A stretch of 64,000 bases of DNA from contig DATKDY010000261.1 of assembly GCA_035512515.1 (NCBI GenBank), positions 33,575-97,574 of the forward strand, read 5' to 3'. Of the stretch, positions 1 through 9,096 are shown in pieces. Positions within the stretch are counted from its first letter, which is position 1; each line of letters begins with the position of its first letter. This DNA is from Vicinamibacterales bacterium (lineage in GTDB: Bacteria > Acidobacteriota > Vicinamibacteria > Vicinamibacterales > UBA2999). Position numbers and translations under genes: made by a program. The notes under the pieces were generated by a model. The model worked only from the letters and a program-made list of their open reading frames with translations. It was not told the origin of the DNA and made no database searches.

Positions 1-694
1 ACGACGCCTGCCAGTTGTCGAAGTAGCTGGCTCGTCCACGGGCCAGCGACGCCGCCAGCGGCGCCGCGGTTTCGGGCTCGGCCGCGTAAACCTGCACGCC
101 GGGCCGTCTCGCCCGCATCACCGCGCCGATGCCGGACAGCAGTCCGCCGCCGCCGAGCGGCGCGATGACCGTGTCCACGTCCGGCAGGTCCTCGAGAATC
201 TCGAGTCCCGCCGTGCCATTGCCGGCGATGAACCGGTCATCGTCGAACGGATGCACGAACGTGCCTTCCATGCGGTCGGACTCGTGCTGCTCGACGGTCC
301 TCCACGCCTCGTCGTACGTCGCGCGGACGATGCGGGCGCCGAGCCGCTCGATCGCCGCGATCTTGGTCTGCGGTGCCGTGTCCATCACCATGACGGAGCA
401 GGGGGCGCCGGCTCGCCGTGCGGCGAAGGCGACGCCTTGCGCGGCATTGCCCGCGCTCACCGTCCAGACTCCGCCCTGCAGTTGCTCGCGCGTAAGCGCA
501 CGAACCGCGTTCCAGGCCCCGCGGATCTTGAACGATCCAATCGGCTGAAGCGATTCGAGCTTGAGATAGATCTCCGCGGGCGCCTCGTCACGGGTCGCAA
601 ACGGGAGGTCAAGGCGCACGAGTGGTGTACGGACGGCAGCCTCGTAAACAGTTCGCGACGCCTCTTCGATTGCGGTGATGGGGATGTGGCGCAT
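1..694 (-). CDS. PLP-dependent threonine/serine dehydratase family enzyme (N-terminal ~231 aa; gene runs off the window start)
   Basis: Reverse translation from ATG (cat at 692-694) gives MRHIPITAIEEASRTVYEAAVRTPLVRL..YLKLESLQPIGSFKIRGAWN..SAGNAAQGVAFAAR..APLGGGGLLSGI. It has the SFKxRG PLP-lysine motif and the Gly-rich loop of fold-type II PLP enzymes. The ORF is open to the window edge, so it is absent from the ORF track. Confidence 0.8.
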   Translation of the reverse strand, partial: MRHIPITAIEEASRTVYEAAVRTPLVRLDLPFATRDEAPAEIYLKLESLQPIGSFKIRGAWNAVRALTREQLQGGVWTVSAGNAAQGVAFAARRAGAPCSVMVMDTAPQTKIAAIERLGARIVRATYDEAWRTVEQHESDRMEGTFVHPFDDDRFIAGNGTAGLEILEDLPDVDTVIAPLGGGGLLSGIGAVMRARRPGVQVYAAEPETAAPLAASLARGRASYFDNWQAS

Positions 695-762
695 AGTTCT
701 GGCCCGACACGGCCTGGCGGCGCGCGGGGTGGCGAAAAGCGGTGCGATCGTATCATGCTCGC

Positions 763-1902
763 ATGCGCGACTTCTCAAGTGCGGTGCTCGTCTTTGCGCT
801 CGTCGTGACCGCCGTTTCGGCACAGCCGGGGCGGCCGCGTGCCCGTGACATCGGTCTCGCGACTGGTGTGCTCACCCCAGGTCCACTCAACGCCATTACC
901 GATGTCGCTGGTGTGCACGTGGGACACACGACACTCGTCGTCGGTGACCACGTCCGGACCGGCGTCACGGTCGTCCTCCCGCATCCCGGCAACGTCTTTC
1001 AGGACAAGGTTCCGGGGGCCGTGTACGTCGGCAACGCGTTCGGCAAGCTGGCCGGCTCGACGCAGGTCGACGAGCTCGGGACCATCGAAACACCGATTGT
1101 GCTCACCAACACGCTCAGCGTGGGAGCGGCGCTGGAAGGCATCGTGCGCTGGACGCTCGCACAACCTGGCAACGAGCAGGTGCGATCGGTCAATGCCCTG
1201 GTTGGGGAAACCAACGATGGCGGTCTCAACGATATCCGCGGACTGCACGTGCGCCCCGAGCATGTGGCGTCGGCCCTCGGCGCGGCGCGTGGCGGCCCGG
1301 TCGAGGAGGGAACCGTGGGCGCCGGCACTGGCACCCGGGCCTTCTCCTGGAAGGGGGGCATCGGGACGTCGTCACGGCGTCTCGATGCGCGCGCCGGCGG
1401 TTACACGGTGGGTGTGCTGGTGCAAAGCAACTACGGCGGCAACCTGACCATGGGCGGGGCGCCCGTCTGGCGCGAACTCATTCGAAAACCGACCGGCATC
1501 GCGGATCCGGCCTCTGCGGATCACGATGGCTCGTGCATGGTCGTCGTCGCCACCGATGCGCCGCAAGACGCACGCGACCTGAAGCGGCTGGCGGCGCGCG
1601 CCATTTTCGGTCTGGCGCGGACCGGGTCCGCGTACAGCAACGGCAGCGGCGACTACGCGATCGCCTTTTCAACCGCGCAGGATCTGCGCGTGCGGTTTGG
1701 AGCATCCGCGCCGCAGCCCAGAACGCTGCTGCCGACCGATGGCGTCTCGGCGTTGTTTCTGGCGGCGCTGGAGGCGACGGAGGAAGCCGTCTACAACTCG
1801 ATGTTGCGGGCTACTACCGTGACGAGCCGGAGCGGCAGCGCTGAAGCGATTCCCGTCGATCGCGTGATCGACGTGCTCCGGCGCTACCGCGTGATCTCCT
1901 GA
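763..1902 (+). CDS. DmpA/L-aminopeptidase-D-esterase family (P1/S58) peptidase, secreted
   Basis: In ORF 742..1902 the ATG at 763 gives the signal peptide MRDFSSAVLVFALVVTAVSAQ. It carries family motifs GNAFGKLAGS, GETNDGGLND and GAGTGT..KGGIGTSS. Confidence 0.8.
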   Translation: MRDFSSAVLVFALVVTAVSAQPGRPRARDIGLATGVLTPGPLNAITDVAGVHVGHTTLVVGDHVRTGVTVVLPHPGNVFQDKVPGAVYVGNAFGKLAGSTQVDELGTIETPIVLTNTLSVGAALEGIVRWTLAQPGNEQVRSVNALVGETNDGGLNDIRGLHVRPEHVASALGAARGGPVEEGTVGAGTGTRAFSWKGGIGTSSRRLDARAGGYTVGVLVQSNYGGNLTMGGAPVWRELIRKPTGIADPASADHDGSCMVVVATDAPQDARDLKRLAARAIFGLARTGSAYSNGSGDYAIAFSTAQDLRVRFGASAPQPRTLLPTDGVSALFLAALEATEEAVYNSMLRATTVTSRSGSAEAIPVDRVIDVLRRYRVIS

Positions 1903-1903
1903 A

Positions 1904-2206
1904 TCAGGCGACCAGGCGACCGCGTACCGCGCGGAGCCGATCCGGGTCGCCCGGGATGCTGCGGGCCCGACGCGGCGAGCCGACGACCCATCCGGGCGAT
2001 GTATGCCCGCACGCCACGCAACGCAACGCCATGCGCTCAGGTTCGGTGTGGAGCACCTTGTAGTGCCCGCCATTGACCACACACCATGTGCTTTGGAGTG
2101 CGCGCACGAGGCGAGTCCAGACGGACGTTCTCCGGGCACAGGCAGTCGTGCTGGTCAGTCTCGCCGGGTTGGACGCCCTGATGGAGATCGTCGTCATATC
2201 GTTCAC
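1904..2206 (-). CDS. hypothetical small Cys-containing protein
   Basis: This is a 100-aa ORF with high third-position GC typical of coding sequence in this window. It has a CxxC (CVAC) plus two further Cys residues. I recognise no family. Confidence 0.35.
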   Translation of the reverse strand: MNDMTTISIRASNPARLTSTTACARRTSVWTRLVRALQSTWCVVNGGHYKVLHTEPERMALRCVACGHTSPGWVVGSPRRARSIPGDPDRLRAVRGRLVA

Positions 2207-2369
2207 ATCGCTCCCGCGGCCGCCTCTGCAAGGAGCGGACCGACTATCAACTCGAGCTTTTCCAAGCTCGTGGAAAGGGAAATGAGGAGCCGGCTGCCAC
2301 GTCGTGTGTAGTCAATTGCCGACCTTACTTTACGGGTGGGGTCAAACGGGATGCAGTTCGCCGTTTCTT

Positions 2370-3110
2370 CTACGGCTTCAGCTCAGCCGTCAGTGCGGTG
2401 GCCGGCACTGCGCGGCCGTTCACTTCCTGGTAGCGATACCGCATCGTGAAGGTCGATTTGCCGAACAGTTTGAGATCGGCGTGCGACTCGATGACCGTCG
2501 GCAGGGCGATGCCGGCAATCCGGCCATATCGCTTGACGATCCGGACGGATTTCACCCAGAAGGACGGACTCCTGGCCAAGGTGCCCTCGAGCTGGAGCGG
2601 GTAACCGTCGGGGCTCACGATCAAGACACCGTCGATGAGTTTCGAGTCGCCACGCCGTGGCGTCAGCCGAATCTGCACCTGGCGGGCACTGGCGGAGGAG
2701 AGACGGGTGAACGTGTAGTTCTCGGGGGTCAGGGCCGCGGCGTCGCGGGCCCCGGCGCGCCAGGCCGCCGCCTCAGTGTCGAGCACGGCCCGAAACACCT
2801 TCTCGCGAGTGCGATTCGAGCCGCCCTCGGTCAGCACATTCCAGGAAAACGCGCCGCTCGGTGAGGCGGAGGTTTCGACCGTCATCCAGCCCTGGTGCTT
2901 TCCGCTCGCGGTGCCTGCGCGCAGCTCCCGGACCGCGCGAATCGCCAGCCCTGATCGCGTCGTCTGCGCGACCACCTGTTGAATGAACCTGTCCGGAGGA
3001 ACCGAATCGTTCGCCCGAACTGTGATGTCGGGCACGGCCAGCCCGCCGATCGCGACCGCGGCGCGGATGGCCGAAATCCAGACATCGGTAGGGCGCGGGT
3101 GCCGGCTCAT
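2370..3110 (-). CDS. hypothetical secreted protein
   Basis: In ORF 2370..3182 the internal ATG at 3110 is preceded by AAGGA. The N-terminus has a hydrophobic segment ISAIRAAVAIGGLAVP. I recognise no family motif with confidence. Confidence 0.55.
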   Translation of the reverse strand: MSRHPRPTDVWISAIRAAVAIGGLAVPDITVRANDSVPPDRFIQQVVAQTTRSGLAIRAVRELRAGTASGKHQGWMTVETSASPSGAFSWNVLTEGGSNRTREKVFRAVLDTEAAAWRAGARDAAALTPENYTFTRLSSASARQVQIRLTPRRGDSKLIDGVLIVSPDGYPLQLEGTLARSPSFWVKSVRIVKRYGRIAGIALPTVIESHADLKLFGKSTFTMRYRYQEVNGRAVPATALTAELKP

Positions 3111-3219
3111 ATCGGTCCTTACCCTTTGGAATAGCAATACCCGCGCCGCTCGCTTCGGCCGCAGGCCGCCATCGCTGGCCACCGACTTGCTTCTGCAGGG
3201 CTTTCAGTAGGACTTGCCT

Positions 3220-3408
3220 ATGTGGACGCGCGCAGCACGATGGGCAGTCGCGGCACTGATGGGGTCGGCGATGACCACGATTGGCTGCGGACGAGCCATG
3301 GTGCCGGATGAGCCGCGATGGTCCCGACAGCCCATCATCGCAGACGAGAGCCTGACCCATGCCTTCATTGATGTCGCCAACCATCTCGGGGTCCGGCCGC
3401 CTGGGTGA
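3220..3408 (+). CDS. putative small lipoprotein
   Basis: In ORF 3214..3408 the ATG at 3220 gives MWTRAARWAVAALMGSAMTTIGC, with a lipobox-like TIGC. The ORF is short, so coding status is uncertain. Confidence 0.3.
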   Translation: MWTRAARWAVAALMGSAMTTIGCGRAMVPDEPRWSRQPIIADESLTHAFIDVANHLGVRPPG

Positions 3409-3594
3409 CTCGGCGACGCTCGGCGGAGTGGCGCGCATCGGCTGCTCCGGGGCACCAACGGACGAAGTGCTCGATGAGTGGGCACGTGGATCCACTCGCT
3501 CGCGCCGCGTATCCGTCCTACCCCACCCGACACGGGCGGCCGCTGCGGCCGGCGCGCCGCACTCGAACGGTCGCGTGATTCCAAGGAGACAGTT

Positions 3595-3822
3595 GTGACT
3601 CGCATGAAGACGACATTCTTGAACGGCCTGGTGATTGGCAGCGCCTTCGGCGCCGTGACGGCGTTGCTGTGTGCGCCCAGGCCCGGCTACGCCATCACCG
3701 CCATCCGCCACCGCCGCAAGCGGCGACAGCAGGAGCCGCGAGTGGACGAAATCCTCGATGAATCCTTCCCGGCGAGCGATCCGCCATCGTGGACGCCTTC
3801 GACCAGCACGACGGGGGTGTAA
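3595..3822 (+). CDS. small membrane protein (YtxH-like N-terminal helix, C-terminal SFPASDPPSW motif)
   Basis: A GTG at 3595 lies 5-6 nt after AAGGAGA. The product begins VTRMKTTFLNGLVIGSAFGAVTALLCAP and ends ..DESFPASDPPSWTPS. Confidence 0.6.
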   Translation: MTRMKTTFLNGLVIGSAFGAVTALLCAPRPGYAITAIRHRRKRRQQEPRVDEILDESFPASDPPSWTPSTSTTGV

Positions 3823-3823
3823 C

Positions 3824-4090
3824 GTGAGCGAGCCTCGAAAGGACCAGCAGCCGGCGACGACCGCCCAGGCGAAGCAGACGCGTGCCCGCGATGTCGCCGC
3901 CGACAAGCCGACGCCGCCGTTTCCGCCACAGCACCAGGATCATCCTGGCCTCGAGCAGCGCATGACGCCGCAGCCAGCCCAGCCCGAGGAAGTGGCTCCG
4001 GCGTTCGTCTTCTTTGCGTCGCAAGGCGATTCGAGCTATATCACCGGGGAAGTGCTGACGCTCCTGGGCGGCGAGACCAGGGCGGGGTAG
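3824..4090 (+). pseudogene. short-chain dehydrogenase (YghA/YhxC-type) remnant with the Rossmann core deleted in frame
   Basis: The translation is ..PPFPPQHQDHPGLEQRMTPQPA|QPEEVAPAFVFFASQGDSSYITGEVLTLLGGETRAG. An N-terminal leader typical of YghA-type SDRs is joined directly to the extreme C-terminal SDR segment. No TGxxxGxG or YxxxK region is present. Confidence 0.6.
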
Positions 4091-4154
4091 CATTCCCGCT
4101 GACCCGCCGTTGGGCTATAATTGGAAGTTCCTGCCTGAGACAGTTCACTTCAGT

Positions 4155-4241
4155 GCGGAAGTGGCGGAATTGGCAGACGCGCAAGCCTCAGGAGCTTGTG
4201 CCCGCGAGGGCGTGGAGGTTCGAGTCCTCTCTTCCGCACCA
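4155..4241 (+). tRNA. tRNA-Leu (anticodon CAG), class II with long variable arm, encoded CCA
   Basis: It folds by hand: acceptor GCGGAAG/CTTCCGC, anticodon stem CAAGC/GCTTG with loop CTCAGGA, variable arm GCCC-GCGA-GGGC, T-arm GGAGG-TTCGAGT-CCTCT, and a 3' ACCA. Confidence 0.93.
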
Positions 4242-4402
4242 TATCAATCGATGTCATCGGACCTTCCCCAACATTCTTGCCGGTCTTTTCTTGACGGCTC
4301 TCTACGGCTCACGGCCTCGTCGCAGCGCCACATGTGCAGCGCGCGTACGTACGAGGCACCGATGGCGCGTCGGTAACGCGCCGATCAGTCAGAGGAACAA
4401 CT
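4242..4402 (+). promoter_or_regulatory. long untranslated leader upstream of the cold-shock gene (promoter not pinned down)
   Basis: A 160-nt non-coding gap separates the tRNA from the csp ATG, with AGAGGA 8 nt before the ATG. Long structured 5' UTRs are typical of csp mRNAs, which is established knowledge. The structure was not computed. Confidence 0.3.
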
Positions 4403-4606
4403 ATGGCGGCAACAAACGGCACTATCAAGCGGCTTACCGATAAGGGCTTTGGCTTTATCGCGGCGGCCGACGGCACCGAGTACTTCTTCCATCAGTCCGC
4501 GGTGCAGGGGTCGTCCTACAACGAACTGCGGGAAGGTCAGCGGGTCAGCTTCACGGTCGGCCAGGGTCCAAAGGGGCCGCGGGCCGAGAACGTGCGACCG
4601 GAGTAA
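4403..4606 (+). CDS. cold-shock protein (CspA family)
   Basis: The product is MAATNGTIKRLTDKGFGFIAAADGTEYFFHQSAV.., with the RNP1-like KGFGFI and RNP2-like FFH motifs, 67 aa in total. Confidence 0.95.
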   Translation: MAATNGTIKRLTDKGFGFIAAADGTEYFFHQSAVQGSSYNELREGQRVSFTVGQGPKGPRAENVRPE

Positions 4607-4806
4607 TCGCGTCGTCGGTTGGCCGGCCAGGACGTCGGCTCCTGTCGTGGCGTGCTCGAGATTCCCGGCAAGTTTCTCGAGCCGCCGCACGACGTCTTTG
4701 AGATCTCGCTCCGCTTCCCCTAGTCGATACGGGGGACTCACGCCTGAGCTTCTCGAGTCAGGTACAATCCAAAGTCCCCTTCATTCATCAAATGGGAGTT
4801 TCCGCA

Positions 4807-5802
4807 ATGCGTAGTCGCACGCTCATAACCGTGGCACTTGTCCTCTTCGCGTCGTATGGGGTGCTGGCCGACGTCCGCACTGAGCAGAAAACGCAAGTGC
4901 AATTCGGCGGCATGCTCGGCCGCGTCATGAATCTCTTCGGCGGCAAGGCCGCCCGCGAAGGGATCACGTCCACCGTACTCGTCAAGGGCGACCGGAAAGT
5001 CACGGCGACCGACAACACGAGCCAGATCATCGACCTGTCCGAAGAAAAGGTGTACGACCTCGATCTGCGACGGCGCGCCTACAAGGTCACCACGTTTGCG
5101 GAGATGCGCCGCCAGATCGAAGAAGCGCAGCGCCGCGCGGAAGACGACGCACGCAGACAGCAAGAGCGCGGGTCGCCGGAAGCGGCCGAGGGTGACCAAC
5201 GCGAGGTCGAAGTGGACTTCGATGTGAAGAACACCGGTGAGACGAGGACGATCAACGGGTTCGATACTAAACAGGCCCTGGTCATCATCACGGTCCGGGA
5301 GAAAGGCAAGACGCTCGACGAGAGCGGCGGTCTGGTGTTGACTTCCGACATGTGGCTCGCACCGCAGCAGGCGGCGCTCAAAGAGGTCGAGGAATTCGAT
5401 CGGCGGTACGCGGACAAACTCTACGGCGGTCTGGCCGGCGTATCAGCCGATCAGATGGCGATGGCTGTGGCGATGTACCCCATGCTGCGTCAGGCGATGG
5501 AGCGGTTGAGCGCGGAGGGCGACAAGATCGAAGGGACGGCTATCCTGACGACCCTCACGTTCGACGCCGTGCGATCCGCCGAGCAGGTGAAGTCGGAGGC
5601 CAAGGACGAGGCACAGCCGACCACCGGGCGCGGCATCGGCGGCGTGCTGGGCGGACTGGCCCGCCGCGCGCGCAAGCCCGCGGACGAAGAGCCGAAACAG
5701 CGGACCACGTTCATGAGCAGCACCGTCGAAGTGCTCAACGTCTCAACGGACGTGCCGGCAGACGCGGTGGCTGTTCCGCCCGGCTTCAAAGAATCGAAAT
5801 AG
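4807..5802 (+). CDS. hypothetical secreted protein
   Basis: In ORF 4792..5802 the ATG at 4807 follows GGGAG. The signal peptide is MRSRTLITVALVLFASYGVLA, and a charged coiled region sits in the middle. Confidence 0.6.
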   Translation: MRSRTLITVALVLFASYGVLADVRTEQKTQVQFGGMLGRVMNLFGGKAAREGITSTVLVKGDRKVTATDNTSQIIDLSEEKVYDLDLRRRAYKVTTFAEMRRQIEEAQRRAEDDARRQQERGSPEAAEGDQREVEVDFDVKNTGETRTINGFDTKQALVIITVREKGKTLDESGGLVLTSDMWLAPQQAALKEVEEFDRRYADKLYGGLAGVSADQMAMAVAMYPMLRQAMERLSAEGDKIEGTAILTTLTFDAVRSAEQVKSEAKDEAQPTTGRGIGGVLGGLARRARKPADEEPKQRTTFMSSTVEVLNVSTDVPADAVAVPPGFKESK

Positions 5803-6096
5803 TCAGGCCGCGGCGTTGCGCCCGCCGCGCCGAACCGCCCGGAGCGCGGCGCCCCACGCGAGCACCTGATCGAGCATCTGCTCGACGGTTCGTTCATGCT
5901 GGGGCGCCGGCTTGAACGTCGAGTAGTTTTCGAAGTCTGTGAACAGCGAGAGCATGACCTGCGCGCGGACGTCGGCAACCTGCAGCTCAGCCATGATCAG
6001 GCGCAGGTGCTCGACCGCACGCACACCGCCGGCGCTGCCGTAGGACACAAAGCCAGCCGCCTTGTTGTTCCATTCCTTGATGAAGGACCGGCGCAT
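5803..6096 (-). pseudogene. NADPH-dependent FMN reductase, C-terminal half only
   Basis: Only the last 97 aa of ORF 5803..6699 look like the family (..EWNNKAAGFVSYGSAGGVRAVEHLRLIMAELQVADVRAQV..). The N-terminal flavodoxin-like half is missing, and the upstream part of the ORF overlaps a better gene on the other strand. Confidence 0.6.
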
Positions 6097-6132
6097 CGGA
6101 GGTAAAATTGCCGCCTCACAAGGAGACGTCGA

Positions 6133-6777
6133 ATGCGCAAGGGATGTGTCATCGCGGCGGCTGCCGTTCTCGCCCTTCAGGGCGGCTCGGTACTCGCACA
6201 GAACAAGACTCCATTGGGTTTTTTCATCACCAGCGTAGGCAGCGGTGATGGCGCCAATCTCGGCGGCCTCGCTGGTGCTGACGCTCACTGTCAGAAGCTG
6301 GCTGCTGCTGCCGGTGCCGGTAATCGCACGTGGCGCGCCTATCTGAGCGGCACCGAGAAGGGCAAGCCCGTCAATGCCAGAGATCGAATTGGATCGGGAC
6401 CGTGGTTCAATGCCAAAGGCGTGCAGATTGCCGCCAACGTCGAGGAACTCCATAGCGAGGCGGCGAAGACCGGAAAGGAAAACTCGCTGACTGAAAAGGG
6501 CGAGCAAGTCCCCGGGCGCGGCGACAAGCCGAACCAACACGACATCCTCAGCGGATCGCAGGTGGACGGCACGGCGTTCACCGATGGTGAGGATCACACC
6601 TGTAACAACTGGACCAGCAACAGTACCGGTGCCGCACAAGTGGGTCATCACGATCGCCAGGGCGGCGGCGCCAATCCGACGTCCTGGAACAGCGCGCATG
6701 CTTCGAAGGGCTGCAGCCAGCCGGCGTTGGTTGGCACGGGCGGCAATGGGTACTTCTACTGCTTCGCGGCGAAATAG
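6133..6777 (+). CDS. secreted Cys-containing protein (possibly endostatin/lectin-fold, DUF1554-like)
   Basis: The signal peptide is MRKGCVIAAAAVLALQGGSVLAQ. The motif FFITSVGSGDGANLGGLAGADAHC resembles DUF1554-type proteins, but this is from memory and unverified. Confidence 0.6.
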   Translation: MRKGCVIAAAAVLALQGGSVLAQNKTPLGFFITSVGSGDGANLGGLAGADAHCQKLAAAAGAGNRTWRAYLSGTEKGKPVNARDRIGSGPWFNAKGVQIAANVEELHSEAAKTGKENSLTEKGEQVPGRGDKPNQHDILSGSQVDGTAFTDGEDHTCNNWTSNSTGAAQVGHHDRQGGGANPTSWNSAHASKGCSQPALVGTGGNGYFYCFAAK

Positions 6778-6803
6778 GCCCTTCGACTCGCTTCGCTCGC
6801 TCA

Positions 6804-6879
6804 GGGCAGGTGGGGCAGGTAGGGCAGGTAGGGCAGGTAGGGAGGCGACACCCGGCCAACCCAGGCCCTGCCTGCCTGC
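6804..6879. repeat. tandem 9-mer GGGCAGGTN x4-5 followed by a C-rich complementary tract (CCCTGCCTGCCTGC)
   Basis: A direct read gives gggcaggtg gggcaggta gggcaggta gggcaggta ggg ... ccctgcctgcctgc. It lies between convergent genes. Confidence 0.9.
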
Positions 6880-6881
6880 GA

Positions 6882-7511
6882 TTAGCGGCTTAGCGATCGG
6901 CCGGCGGCCGCCGTACTCCAGGGCGGGCGTCTCGTCGATTCGAATCGCCTGATTTCGTCCTCGTGCTGCAGAACCAGCGTGATGTCATCGAGCCCGTTCA
7001 AGAGACGGTATCGTGTGGCATCGTCGATCGCGAACGGCGCGTGCCACCCGGCAGCGTCGCGCACCTGCGACGCCTCCAGGTCGATTTCGAGCGTATAGCC
7101 GGCTCCGGCGGCCGCGTTCGCCGCGAGAAGGGCCACCGTGGGTTCGGCGAGCACGACCGGGAGCACACCGTTGGTGACGGCGTTGTCTCTGAAGATGTCG
7201 GCAAATGACGGCGCGATGATGACGCGGATGCCGAAGTCGTGCAGCGCCCACGCCGCATGCTCGCGTGACGAACCGCAACCGAAGTTGGCGCCGGCGACGA
7301 GCACCGAGGCGCCTTCGTAGCGGGCGTCGTTCAGCACGAAGTCGGGGTCGGGGGAGCCATCGGCACGGCAGCGCCAGTCGAAGAAGAGATAGCGGCCAAA
7401 CCCACTGCGCTCCACCGACTTGAGAAATTGTTTCGGAATGATTTGATCCGTGTCGATATCGCGGCGGAGCAGCGGCAGGGCACGACCCCGATGGACGCGC
7501 AGTGGCTGCAC
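6882..7511 (-). CDS. leuD: 3-isopropylmalate dehydratase small subunit
   Basis: The product contains ..LLRRDIDTDQIIPKQFLK..VLVAGANFGCGSSREHAAWAL.. The GTG start overlaps the leuC stop by 1 nt. Confidence 0.9.
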   Translation of the reverse strand: MQPLRVHRGRALPLLRRDIDTDQIIPKQFLKSVERSGFGRYLFFDWRCRADGSPDPDFVLNDARYEGASVLVAGANFGCGSSREHAAWALHDFGIRVIIAPSFADIFRDNAVTNGVLPVVLAEPTVALLAANAAAGAGYTLEIDLEASQVRDAAGWHAPFAIDDATRYRLLNGLDDITLVLQHEDEIRRFESTRRPPWSTAAAGRSLSR

Positions 7512-8998
7512 TAGCGGTACTCCCAGTCGCGCACGTCGTCGAAGTGCCCGCGGACCGCCGCCGCGGCAGCCATCGCCGGGCTCACGAGATGCGTGCGCCC
7601 GCCGCGACCCTGCCGGCCTTCGAAGTTGCGGTTGCTGGTGGAGGCAGATCGCTCGCCAGGCTGCAGTGTATCGGGATTCATGCCGAGACACATCGAACAG
7701 CCCGGCTCCCGCCACTCGAATCCGGCGTCGAGGAATACGCGGTGCAAGCCTTCCCGCTCTGCGGCGTGCTTGACCCGCTCCGAGCCGGGTACCACCATCG
7801 CCCGCACGCCATCGTGGATTCGGTGGCCGCGTGCCACGCCTGCCGCCTCGCGGAGGTCCTCGAGTCGCGCATTCGTGCACGACCCGATGAACACGCGATC
7901 GATCGCAATCCGGCGCATGGGCGTTCCGGGTTCGAGCCCCATGTAGGCGAGCGCGCGCGTCATCGCGTCGCGCTCGGCACTGTCTCGTGCGGCCTGCGGA
8001 TCGGGCACCGCGCCGGTGATAGGCATCACCATGTCCGGCCGCGTGCCCCAGGTGACCAGCGGCGTGAGATCCGAGACGTCGATTTGCAGCGTCCGTGAGA
8101 ACGACGCGCCGGCATCGCTGGCGAGTTGACGCCATCGCGTGACGGCGGCCGGCCACGCGACTTCCCGGGGGGCATAGCGGCGGCCAGCGACATAGCTGAA
8201 CGTCACATCATCCGGTGGCACGATCGACGCGGTCGCGCCAGCCTCGATGCTCATGTTGCAAAGCGTCATGCGTTGCTCCATGGAGAGCTTCGGGATGAGC
8301 GTCCCGGCAAACTCAATCACGTGGCCGGTTCCGCCGGCCATTCCGAGCCGGCCGACGACGGCGAGCGCCACATCCTTCGCGGTGACACCGGGAGTCAGCT
8401 GCCCGTCGAGCACCACCCGCATCGCCTGCGGCTTGCGCCGAACGAGGCACTGGGTCGCCAGCACCTGCTCGACTTCCGTCGTGCCGATGCCGAACGCCAG
8501 GGCGCCAAAGGCGCCATGGGTCGTCGTATGACTATCGCCACAGACGATCGTCATGCCGGGCTGCGTCAATCCGAGCTCTGGACCGATGACGTGCACGATG
8601 CCCTGGTTGCCGGATGCCAGGTCGAAAAGAGGAATGCCGTGCGCGGCGGCGTGCCGGCGCAACGCCTCGAGTTGCGCCCTGGCGAGCTGGTCGGTGATCG
8701 GCAATCGGCGGTCCGTCGTCGGGACGTTGTGATCGACCGTGGCGAAGGTGCGATCTGGACGTCGCACCGCGCGGCCCGCGGCGGCCAGCCCGCTGAACGC
8801 CTGGGGCGATGTCACCTCATGAACGAGATGCAGGTCCACGTAGAGCAGCGTCCGCCCCTGGTCGAGCTCAGTGACCGTATGCGCGTCCCACAGACGATCG
8901 AGCAGTGTCCGCGCAGTCGCCGGGGCTGCGCCGGCGCGGCGCTCACGATACGCGGCGTCAGGAGTCTTGACGGCTGAAAGGTGTGGTGAATGAGTCAA
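7511..8998 (-). CDS. leuC: 3-isopropylmalate dehydratase large subunit
   Basis: The product contains [70 protein letters not shown]. The start is set at TTG 8998, behind GGAG. The ORF continues to 9121, but that extension has no homology. Confidence 0.88.
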   Translation of the reverse strand: MTHSPHLSAVKTPDAAYRERRAGAAPATARTLLDRLWDAHTVTELDQGRTLLYVDLHLVHEVTSPQAFSGLAAAGRAVRRPDRTFATVDHNVPTTDRRLPITDQLARAQLEALRRHAAAHGIPLFDLASGNQGIVHVIGPELGLTQPGMTIVCGDSHTTTHGAFGALAFGIGTTEVEQVLATQCLVRRKPQAMRVVLDGQLTPGVTAKDVALAVVGRLGMAGGTGHVIEFAGTLIPKLSMEQRMTLCNMSIEAGATASIVPPDDVTFSYVAGRRYAPREVAWPAAVTRWRQLASDAGASFSRTLQIDVSDLTPLVTWGTRPDMVMPITGAVPDPQAARDSAERDAMTRALAYMGLEPGTPMRRIAIDRVFIGSCTNARLEDLREAAGVARGHRIHDGVRAMVVPGSERVKHAAEREGLHRVFLDAGFEWREPGCSMCLGMNPDTLQPGERSASTSNRNFEGRQGRGGRTHLVSPAMAAAAAVRGHFDDVRDWEYR

Positions 8999-9096
8999 GT
9001 TTTCTCCGTCAAGACGACCGCCCCGCCGGCCGGACTTCCCCGCCGCGCGGACTTTGCGCGGTGGGGTGGTGGAGCCGGGGCAAAACAACGTAGTGG

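Noticed and set aside
2207-2369. Possible terminator hairpins (GAGCTT-ttcc-AAGCTC; AAACGG-11 nt-CCGTTT)
   Set aside because: The stems are only 6 bp with no U-tract and ambiguous strand assignment. They are too weak to report as features.
4385-4741. 118-aa minus-strand ORF
   Set aside because: Two thirds of it is antisense to the highly conserved cold-shock gene, and I recognise no motif in it.
5803-6699. 298-aa minus-strand ORF as one intact gene
   Set aside because: Only the last 97 residues resemble FMN reductase. The upstream 200 residues are antisense to the better-supported secreted-protein gene 6133..6777 and lack the flavodoxin-like N-terminal motifs.
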